Source: Octopus vulgaris (Eukaryota). Taken from it: a stretch of DNA of 64,000 nucleotides. The notes beneath the pieces are model-generated. The model had not been told where the DNA came from. It searched no databases and was given only the letters and a program-made list of their open reading frames with translations. The number at the start of each line of letters is the position of its first letter. The stretch's first letter is position 1. Of the stretch, positions 13,471 to 27,651 are shown one piece after another. The translations under genes and the position numbers were made by a program. The stretch lies in contig OX597822.1 of assembly GCA_951406725.2 (NCBI GenBank), positions 45,198,001 to 45,262,000 on the forward strand, given 5' to 3'.

Positions 13471-13801
13471 TAAGCTCGAGTATAAAATATAAGATGACTA
13501 TCAGAGATTAATTGTCAGTAAAGATTCTTGGAACAATTTCATCAGCTGACATACATTTTAAATGACAAACCTCAAGTGAAGATCCTTGTTACTTTTAATG
13601 GCACGGTTTTTGTGAGATATTTAGTAGGTCTTTTTGGAAAAACTGACTACATTATTTTTGCGGTGTTAAGGGGCCAATATAATTTTCGGTGGTTTAAAAG
13701 TAGTCATTGGTTTCATTACGTTTCTGGCGTTTTATCACAAATATGTTCTGCAAGAAAATAAAGCAAATACTATTAAGTAAAAAAAAAATGGTAAAGTTGT
13801 T

Positions 13802-14220
13802 GGCGTGGCTGTGTGGTAAGAAGCTTACTCACCAACCACATGGTTCCGGGTTCAGTTCCACTACTTATAACCTTGGGTAAGTGTCTTCTACTATAGTCTC
13901 GGGCCAACCAAAGCCTTGTGAGTGGATTCGGTAGACAGAAACTGAAAGAAGCCTGGCGTATATATACATGTGTGTGTGTGTTTTATCTGTGTGTGTATGT
14001 GTGTGTTTGTGTGTGTATGTTAGTGTGCGTGTTTCCATGTTTGCGTGTTTGTGTGCACCGCTTGACAAGCGGTTTTGCTGTGTTTCATCCCCGTAACCAA
14101 GCGGTTCAGCAAACATAATCATACCAGGTAGAATAAGTCTTCGGAGTAGATTCGTTCGACTAAAATTCTTCAAGACTATGCCTCAGCATGGCCGCTGTCT
14201 AATAGCTTGAAACATGTAAA
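13802..14220 (+). mobile_element. SINE S1, full length
   Basis: GGCGTGGCTGTGTGGTAAG head through CAGCATGGCCGCTGTC tail. Confidence 0.85.
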
Positions 14221-14499
14221 TTGGTGATGCTTCTACTCGGTTTGGGGGATCACTTCAAAATACTTGCCTGTGTTTTAAAAAACACGAGTTCCCATTTTTA
14301 GCTAAATCGGTTTTTTCGTTAGTGGGCCTGTCAGAATTTTGCATGAAATGCCAAGAACAATTAAGCGAAATACAAAGTGGTGAGTCTCTTTAAAATATAC
14401 TTAAAGTGAAAGCAACCATTTTCAAACACAGACTTCGTTCTGTTGGCTTTTACTATCGGTTTCGCTGTCACTGCTTATTCTTGCATATTTTCGGCTGCC

Positions 14500-14800
14500 A
14501 AATCAAAAATGGAAACAAAAAAAGGAAATTCCAGCTATTTTACTGAATGAATTAAAAATGGAACCCAAGCAGGTGGAAAATACTCGCAATATCAGCCAAG
14601 CATTTGGTAGGGAGACCTTCGACGTACTTAGAGCGTTCATTAAAATACATTTGTAGTGGAGACGAGGAAGGCTGCAGATGATCGTTTTTGCTATTGACAG
14701 CGACCAATTAAAGACCGTTATTTAAGCAAACTCGCTCTAAACAACACGGGTGTTTGCAGATTCATACACTGACTGTTCAATAATAGTTAGACATTGTCTT
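14500..14800 (+). pseudogene. mariner transposase N-terminal HTH relic
   Basis: EIPAILLNELKMEPKQVENTRNISQAFG...DEEG...IDSDQLKTVI*ANSL*TTR resembles the mariner HTH and linker. Confidence 0.6.
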
Positions 14801-14965
14801 TCGTTGACCAGTTGAAAACTTCAACAAAGGCTTGGCTCGGAGGTAACAAGTTAGCTTCTCAACTATGTGGTCCCAAGGTTCAGTTCTATTACATGTCACC
14901 TTCGGCAAATGTATTCTACACTAACCTTCCGGGACAACCGGGGTAGACGGAAACTGGAATAAGCC

Positions 14966-15032
<67 letters not shown>

Positions 15033-15070
15033 AAAGCAGTAGTAGTAGCAGTAGCAGCAGTAGCAGCAGC

Positions 15071-15128
<58 letters not shown>

Positions 15129-15886
15129 ATAATAATAAAAACAATAGTAGCAGTAGCAGTTGCAGCAGCAGCGGCAGCAGAAATAGCAGAAGCGGCAGCA
15201 GCAGTGGCAGTAGTAGTAGTGGTTGTTGTTATAGTAGTAGTAGTGGTGGTTGCTGTAGTTGTTGTTATAGTGGTATTAGTAGCACTGATGGTAGTCGTGG
15301 TGATAGCATGGGTGGTTGCACTTTTAGTAGTGTCGGTGATAGTAGTAGTGGTGGTGGTGGATGAAGGCGGTGGTGTTGGGAAGGAGGCGGTGACGGCAGT
15401 GTTTGTTGTGGCCCGGATGGTGTTTGATGGTGACAGTGGTGGTTGTTGTGGTGGTACAGGTGATAGTAGTAGCTGTGGTAGTAGTGGTAGTGGTGGCGGC
15501 GACGGCGGTTGTGATGGTGGCAGCTGTGGTAGAGGCGCTGGTATTGTAAGTACTGACGGAGATGATTTTTTTCCGAAAGGAAGAAGAGATTTCCTGAAGA
15601 TAGCGAAATCTGTTGCTTTCGACAAGAAAAGCAACTGGTTGTGGCAAAGATGGCCGCCATATCAAATGGCAAAAACAACAACAGAGAGAGGGGGGAAGAG
15701 TCAGAGAGAAGGAGACAGAGAGGGAGACAAAGAGCGACAAAGAGACAGAGAGAGATACCGAGTGAAACAGAGAGAGAGACAGAGAGAGATACAGAGTGAA
15801 ACAGAGAGAGAGACAGAGAGAGAAAGAGACAGAGACAGAGTGAGAGAGAGAGAGAAAGACACAGAGTGAGAGTGAGAGAGTGTGTA

Positions 15887-15917
<31 letters not shown>

Positions 15918-16065
15918 AAGGCATAGAGTGACAGAGAGAAGGAGAGAGAGAGAGAGAAAAAACAGTGAAAGAGAGAGAGAGAGAGGTAAAGTCAGAGAGA
16001 TATAGGGAAAGACAGAAAGAAAGAGACAGAGAATGAGAGAAAACCAGTAAGAGAGGGAGGGAGAA

Positions 16066-16146
<81 letters not shown>

Positions 16147-16522
16147 ACGGCCATGATGTCAGATATGAAACATGTTAGTATAAATTTCAACGAGATTCAT
16201 TCATGCATGAAGAATCCATCACCCGATTTTAGCTGCGTTTCAAATAGCTTATTGAATAATTAAGGATGAAGGATGAATGTTCCTTAGGAGCGGAGTTGGG
16301 GTGGGGTGTGGTGGGGTGTGGTGGGGGTGGGGTGCGTCGAGGAGAGGGGTGGCGGTAAGAGAGCCATGGGAGCCGATGTATACCCCCACCTTCATGTCAA
16401 ATTCTCGCGGTTTTTCTAGGCGGACGGGCGGGATGTCAGGCAGGCGGGCAGGCGGGCAGGCGGGCAGGCGGGCAGGCGGAAAGGCGGGCAGGCGGAAAGG
16501 CGGGCAGCAGTATAATTGTTGC

Positions 16523-16556
<34 letters not shown>

Positions 16557-17115
16557 GCTAGTGGAGGTTGTGGCAGTGGCAAGGGCGGCGGGGATGGAAG
16601 CTGTGACGGCAATTGTTGCTGGTAGTGGTGGTGGTGGTGGTGGTGGTGATAGTGGTGGCGATGGTGGCGGTGGCTATAATGGTAGTTGTTGCTGTTGTTG
16701 CTGGCGGTGGTGGTCATGATTGAAGTTGCTGGTGTTGTTTTAGTGATGGTGCTTGTGGGGCAGCTCATGATAGCAGCTCTTATTGTTTTTGTTGTCACTG
16801 GTGGTGGCGGCGGTGGTGATGGTGTTGGAAGTAGTGGTGGTGGTGGTGGTGGTGGTGGCATAAGAATGATAATAGTATCAATGGTAGTGGCGTTAATGAT
16901 GGCCTTGATGGTGATGGTCGTAAGTGGATCTTGTAAGGATCATGTAGGTATTACTGACAATAACGGTCGCAGTCATGCTGGTAGAGCGGAGGCTTTTTTG
17001 GTGGTGGTGATGCTGGTGGTTTGTGGGGTAGGTTCGGTTCTTGTGGTCATCGTGCTGGTGTTAGCTGTAATGGTGGTGGTACAGGCGTTGGAAATTGTAG
17101 TGGTGGTGATGGTGG

Positions 17116-17167
<52 letters not shown>

Positions 17168-17791
17168 GGTGGTGAGGGTGATGATGATGAGGAGGAGGGT
17201 GGTGGTGGTGGTGGTGGTGGTGGTGGTGAGGGTGATGATGATGAGGAGGAGGAAGATGACGACGATGATGACGATGATGATGATGCAGGTATTGGTGCTT
17301 GTAGTAGTGCGTGTGGGTGACGCGGTGGTGGTGGTGGTGGTGGCTGTGGCGGTGGCGGCGATGGTGGCGGTGATGGTAAGGATGGTGTTGGTGATGAATG
17401 ATGGTTTTGTTGATGATGGTTATGTGATGGCGATGGCGGCGGTAATGGTGGTGGTGGTCATGGTGGCGGCGGTGATTGTGGTGATGGTTGTGATAGCCAT
17501 GGTAGCGATGGTGGCGATGGTGGTGGTGGTGGTGACGGTGGTGCAGTTGTGGTAGTTGTGATAATGATGATAGTGATGATGGTGGTAATAGTAGTAGTGG
17601 TGGCGGTGGTGGCGGTGGTTGTGGTGGTGTATTTAGCGCTGTTGTTGATGTAGAAATTTGCGCCATATTATTTTCAAGGTGGCACTGTTTGTTGTTCTTG
17701 TTGTTGTCGTTGTTTATCTTATTATTGTTGCTGTTGTTGTAACTGTTGTTGTTGCACTTCTTCTTCATCTTGCTGTTGATTGTGGACATGA

Positions 17792-17822
<31 letters not shown>

Positions 17823-17940
17823 CTAGGTGTTGCTTCCTACCGTTTATCATCATTGCTTTTGTTGTTGTTATTGTTATTGTTGTTTGCGTTGTTGTTCCGA
17901 TGTCGATAATGATGTTGTTGATGATGATGATGATGGTGTC
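14966..17940. repeat. Compound low-complexity block: (GTA)n, (GGT)n, (GA)n, (CAGGCGGG)n, (GAT)n
   Basis: Visible directly; the overlapping ORFs on both strands are homopolymeric. Confidence 0.9.
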
Positions 17941-18163
17941 TTTCGCTGCAGCTGCGCGCGCGCATGCGTGTGTGTGTGTGAGAGAGAGGGGGGACAGAGT
18001 GTGTGTGTGTATGTGTATATGCTTGTATTTGTGAATCGTGCGTGTGCGCATGCGTGCGTGTGCGCATGCGTGCGTGTGCCAGTGTACGTCTGGCAAGGGT
18101 TATGCGTACATATGCGAGTGCACATAGTAACATGTATGTATATATCACACACACACACACACT

Positions 18164-18221
<58 letters not shown>

Positions 18222-18341
18222 TACATACACACATATAAATATATATGTGTATATATATTTATATGCCTGTATGTATATGTACAACCAGATATATATATAC
18301 ATGTGTGTATATATATAATTATATATACATATATATACATA

Positions 18342-18389
<48 letters not shown>

Positions 18390-18750
18390 CACACAAACAT
18401 ACATGCTTGTATGTATGTGTTTGTTTACATAACACACAGACATGCATATGTATGTATGTAAATAAATGCGTGTGTATGTGTATGTACCTATGTATGTATG
18501 GTTAGGATATATCTGTGTGTGTGTGGTTATGTTTCTAAGTAGTTTAAAAGCGAAAATGTTGTTGTTGTTGTGGTTGTGGTTGTGATTTTGTTGTTGTTGA
18601 CATTGTTGTGAACGTTGTTGCTATTTGAATGTATGTGTGTATACGTGTGCTTATGTTTGTGGGTTTGTGTGTAATAGTGGTTGCGTATGTGTGTACGTTT
18701 AAATATATATACATATATGTGTATGTGTGTGTACATATATATGCTATGCA

Positions 18751-18800
<50 letters not shown>

Positions 18801-19313
18801 CACATATATACATATATACATGTATATATATATGTATATATATATGTATATACTCTTATATATATATAGAGAGAGAGAGACAGATAGACAGACATATATA
18901 TGTATATATGCTTACATAAATATACACATATATAAATATATACAAACATACACATATATATATGTATTTATATGTACATACATATTTATGTAAACATATA
19001 TACATATGTATGTATATATATATATATATATATATACATACATAATCTACACACACACACATATAAATGTATGCATACCTGCATGCACGTATGTATGTAT
19101 GTATGTATGTATGTATGTATGTATGTATGTATGTATGCATGTATGTATGTATATGTTATGTATATCTGTTTGAGAGAGCGTGGCCGAGTAAAGATAATGA
19201 TAGTGATGGTGATGATGATGGTTTTTCATACCATTGTTGTTGTTGTTGCTGTGATTGTTGTTGTTTGTGTTTCCGTGTTTGAGTGTGTGTGTGTGTGTAT
19301 GTATGTGTGTGAG

Positions 19314-19345
<32 letters not shown>

Positions 19346-20389
19346 CGTGTGTATTTGTTGTTGGGTGATGGGTAGCGGGGATACGGAGGGCATAAGTCTG
19401 TAAGTTGAGATAGTAGAGAGCATAGAGGGAGCCAGTGGTGGTGGTAGTGTTGGTGTTGGTGGTGGTGGTGGTGGTGGTGGTGGTGGTGGTGGTGATGGTG
19501 GTGGTGGTGGTGTTGGTATTGTTAGTAGAGTGTGTTTGTGTGTGTATGTGTGTTGGTGCTGGTGTTGTTGTTTGTAGTAATGGTGGTGGTGGTGGTGGTG
19601 GTGGCGGTGGTGGTGGTTGTGGTGGTGGTGGTGGTGGTGGTGGTGGTGGTGGTGGTGGTGGTATGCAATAGCAAACAAAAGGCTGCTGAACGAGAACAAT
19701 CCCGAAATACTCTTTGATCCGACGTCGAAAAATGGCGGAGCAAACAGAATTTATAGCAAGCGGCCTTTAGATCTTAGAGCAAGACTCGAAAGGAGAAGAT
19801 TTAATCAGAGATGGTAAGAGGAAATGAAGAAAGCAACAAACCACAGCCACCACCACAAGAAAACAACAATAACAACAACGCAGCAGCAACTACAACAGAC
19901 TCAAACACTATCTACACCACCACCACCACCACCATCACCGACGTCGCCGCCGACGCCGCCAATGTTGAACAACATCAACCGTACGATCGAACGAAGTTGG
20001 GCGGAACCTTAAGTGGTTGCATAACCCGATAGCAACAGCAGTCAAATATCTCTCTAATCATAGCCTGCCGTCTTCAGTTGAAGGATATACGTTGGATAAT
20101 TCGTGATGATTATGACGTCCCAGGATTCTTGCGGATACGAAACAAAACAGGGCAGAAGCTTTTGTCTTATTTTTTCTTCCTTTTTTCGTTTACTTGTTGC
20201 AGTCATGTGGACTGCGGTCCTGTTGGGGCATCGCTCTGAAGGGCTTGCACGAACACAGTACTTTTTCTAGTTTTCAAGTGCTTTTTTCCTTTTCTAGTTT
20301 TTTTCCTTTGTTTCTTTTTTTTTTGTTTTTTTGTTTTAAATCTGGCGATAGTAAATGTTTTCTATACCGAGAATTTATGGATTTCATCT

Positions 20390-20790
20390 GTGACTATGTG
20401 GTAAGAAGCTTTCTTCCCAACCCCATTGTTCCGGGTTCAGTCCTAATGCATGGCACCTCAGACAACTGTCTTCCACTATAGCCTCGGGCTGACCAACGTC
20501 TTGTGACTGGATTTGGTAGACGGAAACTGAAAGAAGCTCGTCTGCGTGTGTGCGTGTGAGCGTGTGCGTTTGTGTCTGTATTTGTCCCCCTCCCCACCAT
20601 CACTTGACAACCAATGTTGGCGTGTTTAAGTCCCCATAGCTTAGCTGTTCGGCAGAAGAGACCGATAGAATAAGCACCAAGCTTACAAAGAATACGTCCA
20701 GGGGTCGATTTCTTCGAATAAAAAGCGGTGCTCCAGCATGGACAGAGTCAATTGACTGAATCAAGCAAAAGAATAAAAGAATAAAAGATA
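20390..20790 (+). mobile_element. SINE S1, full length
   Basis: S1 head, body and tail ending in (AAGAATAA)n. Confidence 0.85.
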
Positions 20791-21069
20791 TATATCGTCA
20801 ACAAATGAGATCCAGAGATTCAGACTTAGTTTCTGCTGTCTTTACTAGGTACCAATTTCGCGGAGTAAAGAACGGCTATAAGAGGGATGAAGGTGAGTCG
20901 ATAAGGAGGCAATGATGCGGATAAAGAGATTAAATATAACAGTTTGGGTATGATACGCAATATATATATAAATGTAGATAGATAGATAGATAGATAGATA
21001 CATAGATAAATAGGTATGTATAATGTATGTATATATATATATGCATATATATATATATATGTATATATA

Positions 21070-21340
21070 TTTGTTGAAATGGAAAGATGAATTTTCTTGT
21101 TACAGATTATTCAAAAGTTTAACCGATACCTGGGTAGCAAAAATCACAGCAGAAAAAAACACGGTTGGAGATAAGACCATATGGTGTTGCAACCGTGCGT
21201 TGGTGCGGATAATTGAAGTTTAATGTAATTAGTGAATGGAAGAAATGGAGTTGAACGAAGATTGTACAGAATTCCTTTTATTACATTCTACACATGTTTC
21301 AAAGGCCACAATTTTCCAAATTCTGATTCCATTCACTAAT
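21070..21340 (-). mobile_element. Family H element (hammerhead 3' half plus downstream region)
   Basis: Reverse complement aligns with 49060-49290 (GAAACAT..GT.GA..AATAAA.GGAATT, CAACCGTGTTTTT, GCTACCC.GGTATCGGTTAA). TA-rich flanks. Confidence 0.65.
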
Positions 21341-21365
21341 TATATGTATATATATATATATATAA

Positions 21366-21823
<458 letters not shown>

Positions 21824-21825
21824 AT

Positions 21826-21884
<59 letters not shown>

Positions 21885-21890
<6 letters not shown>

Positions 21891-22232
21891 TATATTAAAT
21901 TAGAGATAAAACCACTATTAGGCAAATCATACAATGAAAAACTTAAGCCAATACATAAGATTAATTAATTTATATTATTTTAAATATATATCAAAATTAT
22001 TAAAAAAAGATAATTAGTATAACACAAAATTTTTTTAATAATTTTGATATATATTTAAAATAATATAAATTAATTAATCTTATGTATTGGCTTAAGTTTT
22101 TCATTGTATGATTTGCCTAATAGTGGTTTTATCTCTAATTTAATATGATATAATATTTTACTATAAAATTGGATTCAATCCTAAATCTGATTTTTCCCTG
22201 TAAGTTTGGATTTATTCCCTAATATTTTATTA
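21885..22232. mobile_element. AT-rich foldback, family C
   Basis: Near-perfect inverted arms ~21885-22007 / 22030-22152 plus an ~80-nt one-sided tail. (TA)n on both sides. Confidence 0.8.
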
Positions 22233-22242
22233 TATATATATG

Positions 22243-22308
<66 letters not shown>

Positions 22309-22478
22309 TATAAACATACATGTGTGTGTGTAAGCAGAAGGAAAACAACACTGGAGATTATCAGACGACGAAATATTTAATTATAAATATATGGATATTT
22401 ATATATTAATATATGGAACTTACTCAGAGTACAAAACGATAGAAGAAATTAAAGGTGGGGTGGAGAAAGGTGTAACAA

Positions 22479-22613
22479 GTCCAACAGCTGTTTGGGGAGG
22501 GGTGCTCAGATTCCATCATAATGTTGGTAGATGTAGTTCACCAAAATATGCAGCCAGTACTGGCAGCAAAAAGAAAAATGCATTGGCTAAATCGAGCCTC
22601 CATCATCGGGGTT
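22479..22613 (-). ncRNA. Degenerate hammerhead motif with long stem II insert
   Basis: Minus strand reads CC-CCGATGA-T-GGAGG...(~95 nt)...CCTCC-C-CAAAC-AGCT-GTT-GG. G12 is mutated; palindromic AACAGCTGTT stem III. Confidence 0.45.
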
Positions 22614-22756
22614 TATTTACTTCCTCCCGCCTCATCTTTTTATCAGCCCATTCCTCTTTAACCCAGCCCTCACAAGACCTCACTCCATATCTTGGACCAG
22701 CAAACCAGCACCTCCAAGGCCTTTGTTTTCTGCATCAAACGGAACGTCAGTAGATA

Positions 22757-23591
22757 TTGGCTCATCCCATAAATAATGCGTTTTTTTCAGTTACATAAAC
22801 TAAAAGTCAGAGGGGAACGGGTTATACTACCTGCATCAAGTTGCTATAAAAACAGGTAGTAATTTTACCATGTACTTATTCTTTGTGCAAGTTCGATTTC
22901 AACAGTTATTCTTTTCAAAGCTATAACGGAGTGCGAGGAATATTAATGCAGTATATGAGGTTCGGACAATAAGCCAGTGTCAACGGTGGTTTCAGAAATT
23001 CTGAGTCGGAAACTACAGCCCAGAAGATCTGTAAAACTACTGTACTGGAAGATCTGTAAAGCTCGACGAGGACGTCCTACAAAGCCTGGTAGAACAAAAT
23101 CTCATTGTCACTATTGAGGAACAAGCAGAAAAGCTTGGATGTGGTCATTCAACCTGTCATTCAAGTCAGCGCCAGAAGGAAAACGACCATCTTTGGTTTC
23201 AAGACAAAAGGTGTTCTTCTATCAGGATAATGCTCGACTACATACAATGAGGATGACATTCCAAAGGCTGGAGCAGTTCGAATGGGAAACGATGCCCCAC
23301 TCATCATATTCGCCGGATATTGCTCCATTTGATTACCATTTATTCCGCAGTCTTCAGAATCATTTGGATGGAAAAATAGGAATTCTGTAGACGAGGTCAG
23401 AAAAAGTACTGAAGGAGTATTTTTCGTCACGGACAAGTGAATTTTGGGAGAGGGGTCTTGCAAGTCCACCAGATAGATGGAAGAGCATTACAGAAAATGG
23501 AGGAGAGTATATTTTATATTAAAAAAGGACTTTGTTTATCTTAAGTTTGAAAAATAGTATAAAAATCCACATTATTTATGGGACGACCCAA
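22757..23591 (+). mobile_element. Internally deleted mariner transposon
   Basis: TIRs TTGGCTCATCCCATAAATAATG / CATTATTTATGGGACGACCCAA with TA duplication. Peptide QDNARLH...HSSYSPDIAPFDYHLFRSLQNHL matches the mariner DD34D region. Confidence 0.9.
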
Positions 23592-24184
23592 TATATGTTT
23601 TAATGCTTCAATTCACTGACTTGAAAGGTTTTAGTCGAACAGATCGACCCCACCCCAATACATATTTTGCCTGAGTCGATACCTAGATTACCAGTTCTAG
23701 ACTAGGGCAAGACAATAGACTAGCAGGAAGAATGTTAACGCATCAGATTAGATGCGATGGTTCTCTTACTTCTGAGTTCAAATCCTGCCCCACTTAAACC
23801 GTTACCGAGTTTAACATCATTACCTGGGACTTTGGCATTCTCTAGAGAACGCTACTGTGTTCCAGGCATTCAGAACAGGCTTTCCGGTGAGGGTATTCCT
23901 CCCTTCTTCTCCTCAGTATTACCGCGTTGTTAAGTATAGACGTTGCCTTTCTCTTCTCTCAAAAGACTATTTAAAAACAAAGAAAAACACACTACAGCCC
24001 TGCAAATCATTGTTAATATCACCAACATATACAAATGTAAAAAAAACTGCAAAAGAAACAAAAACCTAAGAAACTATTTTCGTAATAAAGCAATAATTAG
24101 CCAACAAATTTCTTGGAAAATTAACAACAAAACAAGATGGCTGATTACTGTACCACAAGTAATACATACATATGTGTGTGCGTG

Positions 24185-24218
<34 letters not shown>

Positions 24219-24816
24219 TGTATGTATGTATGTATGTATGTATGTATGTATGTAGGAGGGGAGAGAGAAAAAGACAAGCATTTTAAATACAGACATACAT
24301 ACGTATACGTAATGCACACACCCATATATATAATGCATGTAAATATATGTATATGTATTTATATATATATGTATATGCATATATATATATACATATACAT
24401 GCATATATACATATATATGTATATGTATACACATACACATACGCACATATAACGTATTCAAATATATTACACTCATAGATATACACATACACACATATGC
24501 ACAAACGTGCGTGGGTGTTTATATAGGTTTATATATATTATACATACACACACACATATATATAAATTATACATACACACACACATATATATAAATATAT
24601 AAATATATATATGTATGTATGCATGCATGTATGTACGTATGTATAATGATATACGTGTATACTTACACATACGGGTGTAATTAAATATGTGTATGCATAC
24701 ATACATACACCCACTCATTAATGTATGTGTGTGTGCGTTCGTGTGTGTACATATATATATGTATGTTTGTATCTATGTATGTGTGAAATATATTCCCTGA
24801 TGAACGTGTAAATTTG

Positions 24817-24893
<77 letters not shown>

Positions 24894-25010
24894 TATATGC
24901 ATATACATATATATATGTATATATATATAATATATCTACATGTATATATATATATAAATATATAAATAGTATAGGTATATCTATGTGTGTATATATATGT
25001 ATATATATAC

Positions 25011-25051
<41 letters not shown>

Positions 25052-25060
25052 TATATATAT

Positions 25061-25217
<157 letters not shown>

Positions 25218-26243
25218 CTGTTCGAACGATATGAAAATCGTAATTGGTAATCATTCCGATGTACTTATAGTTTGTTCAACATTCGTGTTAAAATCTTAAG
25301 GTCTGTCTACAACGTTGCTTTCAATTGCAAAGCATAATACTTGATAAAAATTAAATTATTCTTAATCTCATTATGGCGGAAGAGAGAAAAAAAAATACAC
25401 ACGCCATCATTTAGTGAGAGATTCGGTAATTGGAATGCACACACAAGATTGTAGATTGCTCTCGAAACAATAGAAGCAAAAATCAATCTCGCTGATTAGA
25501 GTATCATTCATTTAGTTACGTACTGCAATGTTTTAATCCTCTCTGGGCAATTAGGAACACTCGAAGCAGGTGGCTTGGCCGGCTAGAAATAGCAGTGAAG
25601 TCTCCGTTGGGACGATAGTATTTAGATGAACAAATCGACACTAGTACTTACATCTTTCTTTTTGCTTTAAGCTTGATACTTATTCTATCGGTTTCTGATT
25701 GCCGAACCACTGCATTATGGGTGCTAAACAATGCAACACGCACACATAGAAATGTGTGTGTGTCTGTGATTCTATAAATACTTAATATTCAATTTTATTT
25801 ATTCATTCCAATTACCAATGTTTAATAATTGAATGCTGCGAGTTAAAAATCACCGCTTTTTTTTTTTTTTTTTCAATATCTGCCTATTTATTAGCGAAGT
25901 CTCATATAAAATAATTTTTTGTTTTAATCTCGGAATTAAATGGGTTTTGATTTCTTGTCAGGTGACGTTTTTACAACCCTGTATGTATACATATATACAC
26001 ACAGCAGGCTTTTTTTCAGTTTCTATCTACTCATAAAATGGTATAGTAAAAAAACACTATTCAAAGTGCTGTGCATTGAGACTGAACCCGGAACCATGTT
26101 GCTGAGAAGCAAATATCTTATCACACAACCACACTTGCGCTTATGAGTACAGAATAACTGTGAAAACAGCTTTAGGAAATCGGGTAAAAATACCCCCTTT
26201 AGATGGAAAAAAGTGGTCATCATCCGCTTCTCTCTAGCTATTG

Positions 26244-26287
<44 letters not shown>

Positions 26288-26291
<4 letters not shown>

Positions 26292-26663
26292 AATCTCTGA
26301 ACGAGGTATAAACAGTAACTGCACGACAATGTGAGGTATACTTGCCATCTCAATATGGCTAACCACTAAGGGTGGGTGTTACTGTAGCTTGTAGCCCCAG
26401 GAGAACAGCGTCTCCAGCTGGCTTTAGGCACACTTTCTGTGCCCTTATGGTTTTTCCCTCGTCAACAAAAGTGATACGCACGGACTGCAGTTTCTAGGTA
26501 TTGACCTGTCCTCAGCGTACGACAATCACCGGTTTTCGATGAAAGGAGTCCCAATGCAAATACTTATATCGTTTTTCCAGTAACTTTTCGTCATTGATCT
26601 CGAAAAACTGTATGCAAGCAATAATAAATCTCTGAGGTATAAACATATTGAGATGGCAAGTAT

Positions 26664-26670
<7 letters not shown>
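26288..26670. mobile_element. PLE-type asymmetric foldback, family D
   Basis: Homologous to 45535-45800. 43-nt tail at 26288-26330; short inverted arm 26644-26670 pairs with 26331-26357. Confidence 0.8.
26477..26521 (-). ncRNA. Minimal type-I hammerhead ribozyme motif, family D (canonical core)
   Basis: Minus strand reads CGTACG-CTGAGGA-C-AGGT-CAAT-ACCT-A-GAAAC-TGCA-GTC-CGTGCG: 6-bp stem I, 4-bp stem II, palindromic stem III, GUC cleavage triplet. Confidence 0.85.
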
Positions 26671-26698
<28 letters not shown>

Positions 26699-26711
26699 TA
26701 ATATATATTCG

Positions 26712-27065
26712 TTGCACTCCGTCGGTTACAACGACGAGGATTCCAGTTGATCCGATCAACGGAACAGCCTGCTCGTGAGATTAACGTGCAAGTGGCTGAG
26801 CACTCCACAGATACGTGTACTCTTAACGTAGTTCTCGGTGAGATTCAATGTGAGACAGTGTGACAAGGCTGGCCCTTTGAATTACAGGTACAACAGAAAC
26901 AGGAAGAAAGAGTGAGAGAAAGTTGTGGTGAAAGAGTACAGCAGGGTTCGCCACCACCCTCTGCAGGAGCCTCGTGGAGCTTTAGGTGTTTTCCCGGTCT
27001 GGGAATCGAAACCGCGATCCTACGACCGCCGGTCCAATGCACTAACCACTGGGTCATTGCGCCTC

Positions 27066-27066
<1 letters not shown>
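26712..27066 (-). mobile_element. SINE S4
   Basis: Head GAGGCGCAATGACCCAGTGGTTAGTGC...GTTTCGATTCCC. Homologous to 6243-6598. Confidence 0.8.
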
Positions 27067-27139
<73 letters not shown>

Positions 27140-27143
<4 letters not shown>

Positions 27144-27558
27144 TTCTATATTTGAGAGATGAGGAACTATATACATTATTTACATTTGACGGATATTTGT
27201 CATCTTTGTTGTTAACACAACGTTTCGGCTTCATCAGGTGTCCTGGGGGAATTTGGAACCTGGGTTCTTATTTCTAAGGTATTTTCCGATGTTGTTATTA
27301 TCATTATTATCATCAACATCATCATTGTTATTCAGGTCACTGCCTGGAATCGAACTCGGAATCTTGGACTTAGTAGCCCGCGCTCTTAACCACTGTGCCA
27401 TGTGCACGTGGGCAATTATGGAGTGAAACTAAACTAAAAGTGACAGCACATATGCCACTAAGCAGACCTAGTGCAGATAGGATAGGAGTAGCATACGGGA
27501 ACCGATACTAAGGAAGGATAGGAAAATATTAGATTTATAAGCCCTAAAATTCACTTGT

Positions 27559-27560
<2 letters not shown>
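27140..27560 (-). mobile_element. Family I element: tRNA-like head (27335-27407) + (AAT/GAT)n linker + hammerhead motif (27214-27242)
   Basis: A-box TGGCACAGTGG and B-box GAGTTCGATTCC. HHR reads GACAC-CTGATGA-A-GCC-GAAAC-GTT-GTGTT with stem II deleted relative to the 10245 copy. (TA)n on both sides. Confidence 0.75.

Positions 27561-27649
<89 letters not shown>

Positions 27650-27651
<2 letters not shown>

Noticed and set aside
27335-27407. Functional tRNA gene (also the heads at 40682, 40770 and 51335)
   Set aside because: Acceptor and anticodon stems are imperfect, there is no T-run terminator, and each continues into repeat sequence, so they are tRNA-derived heads.
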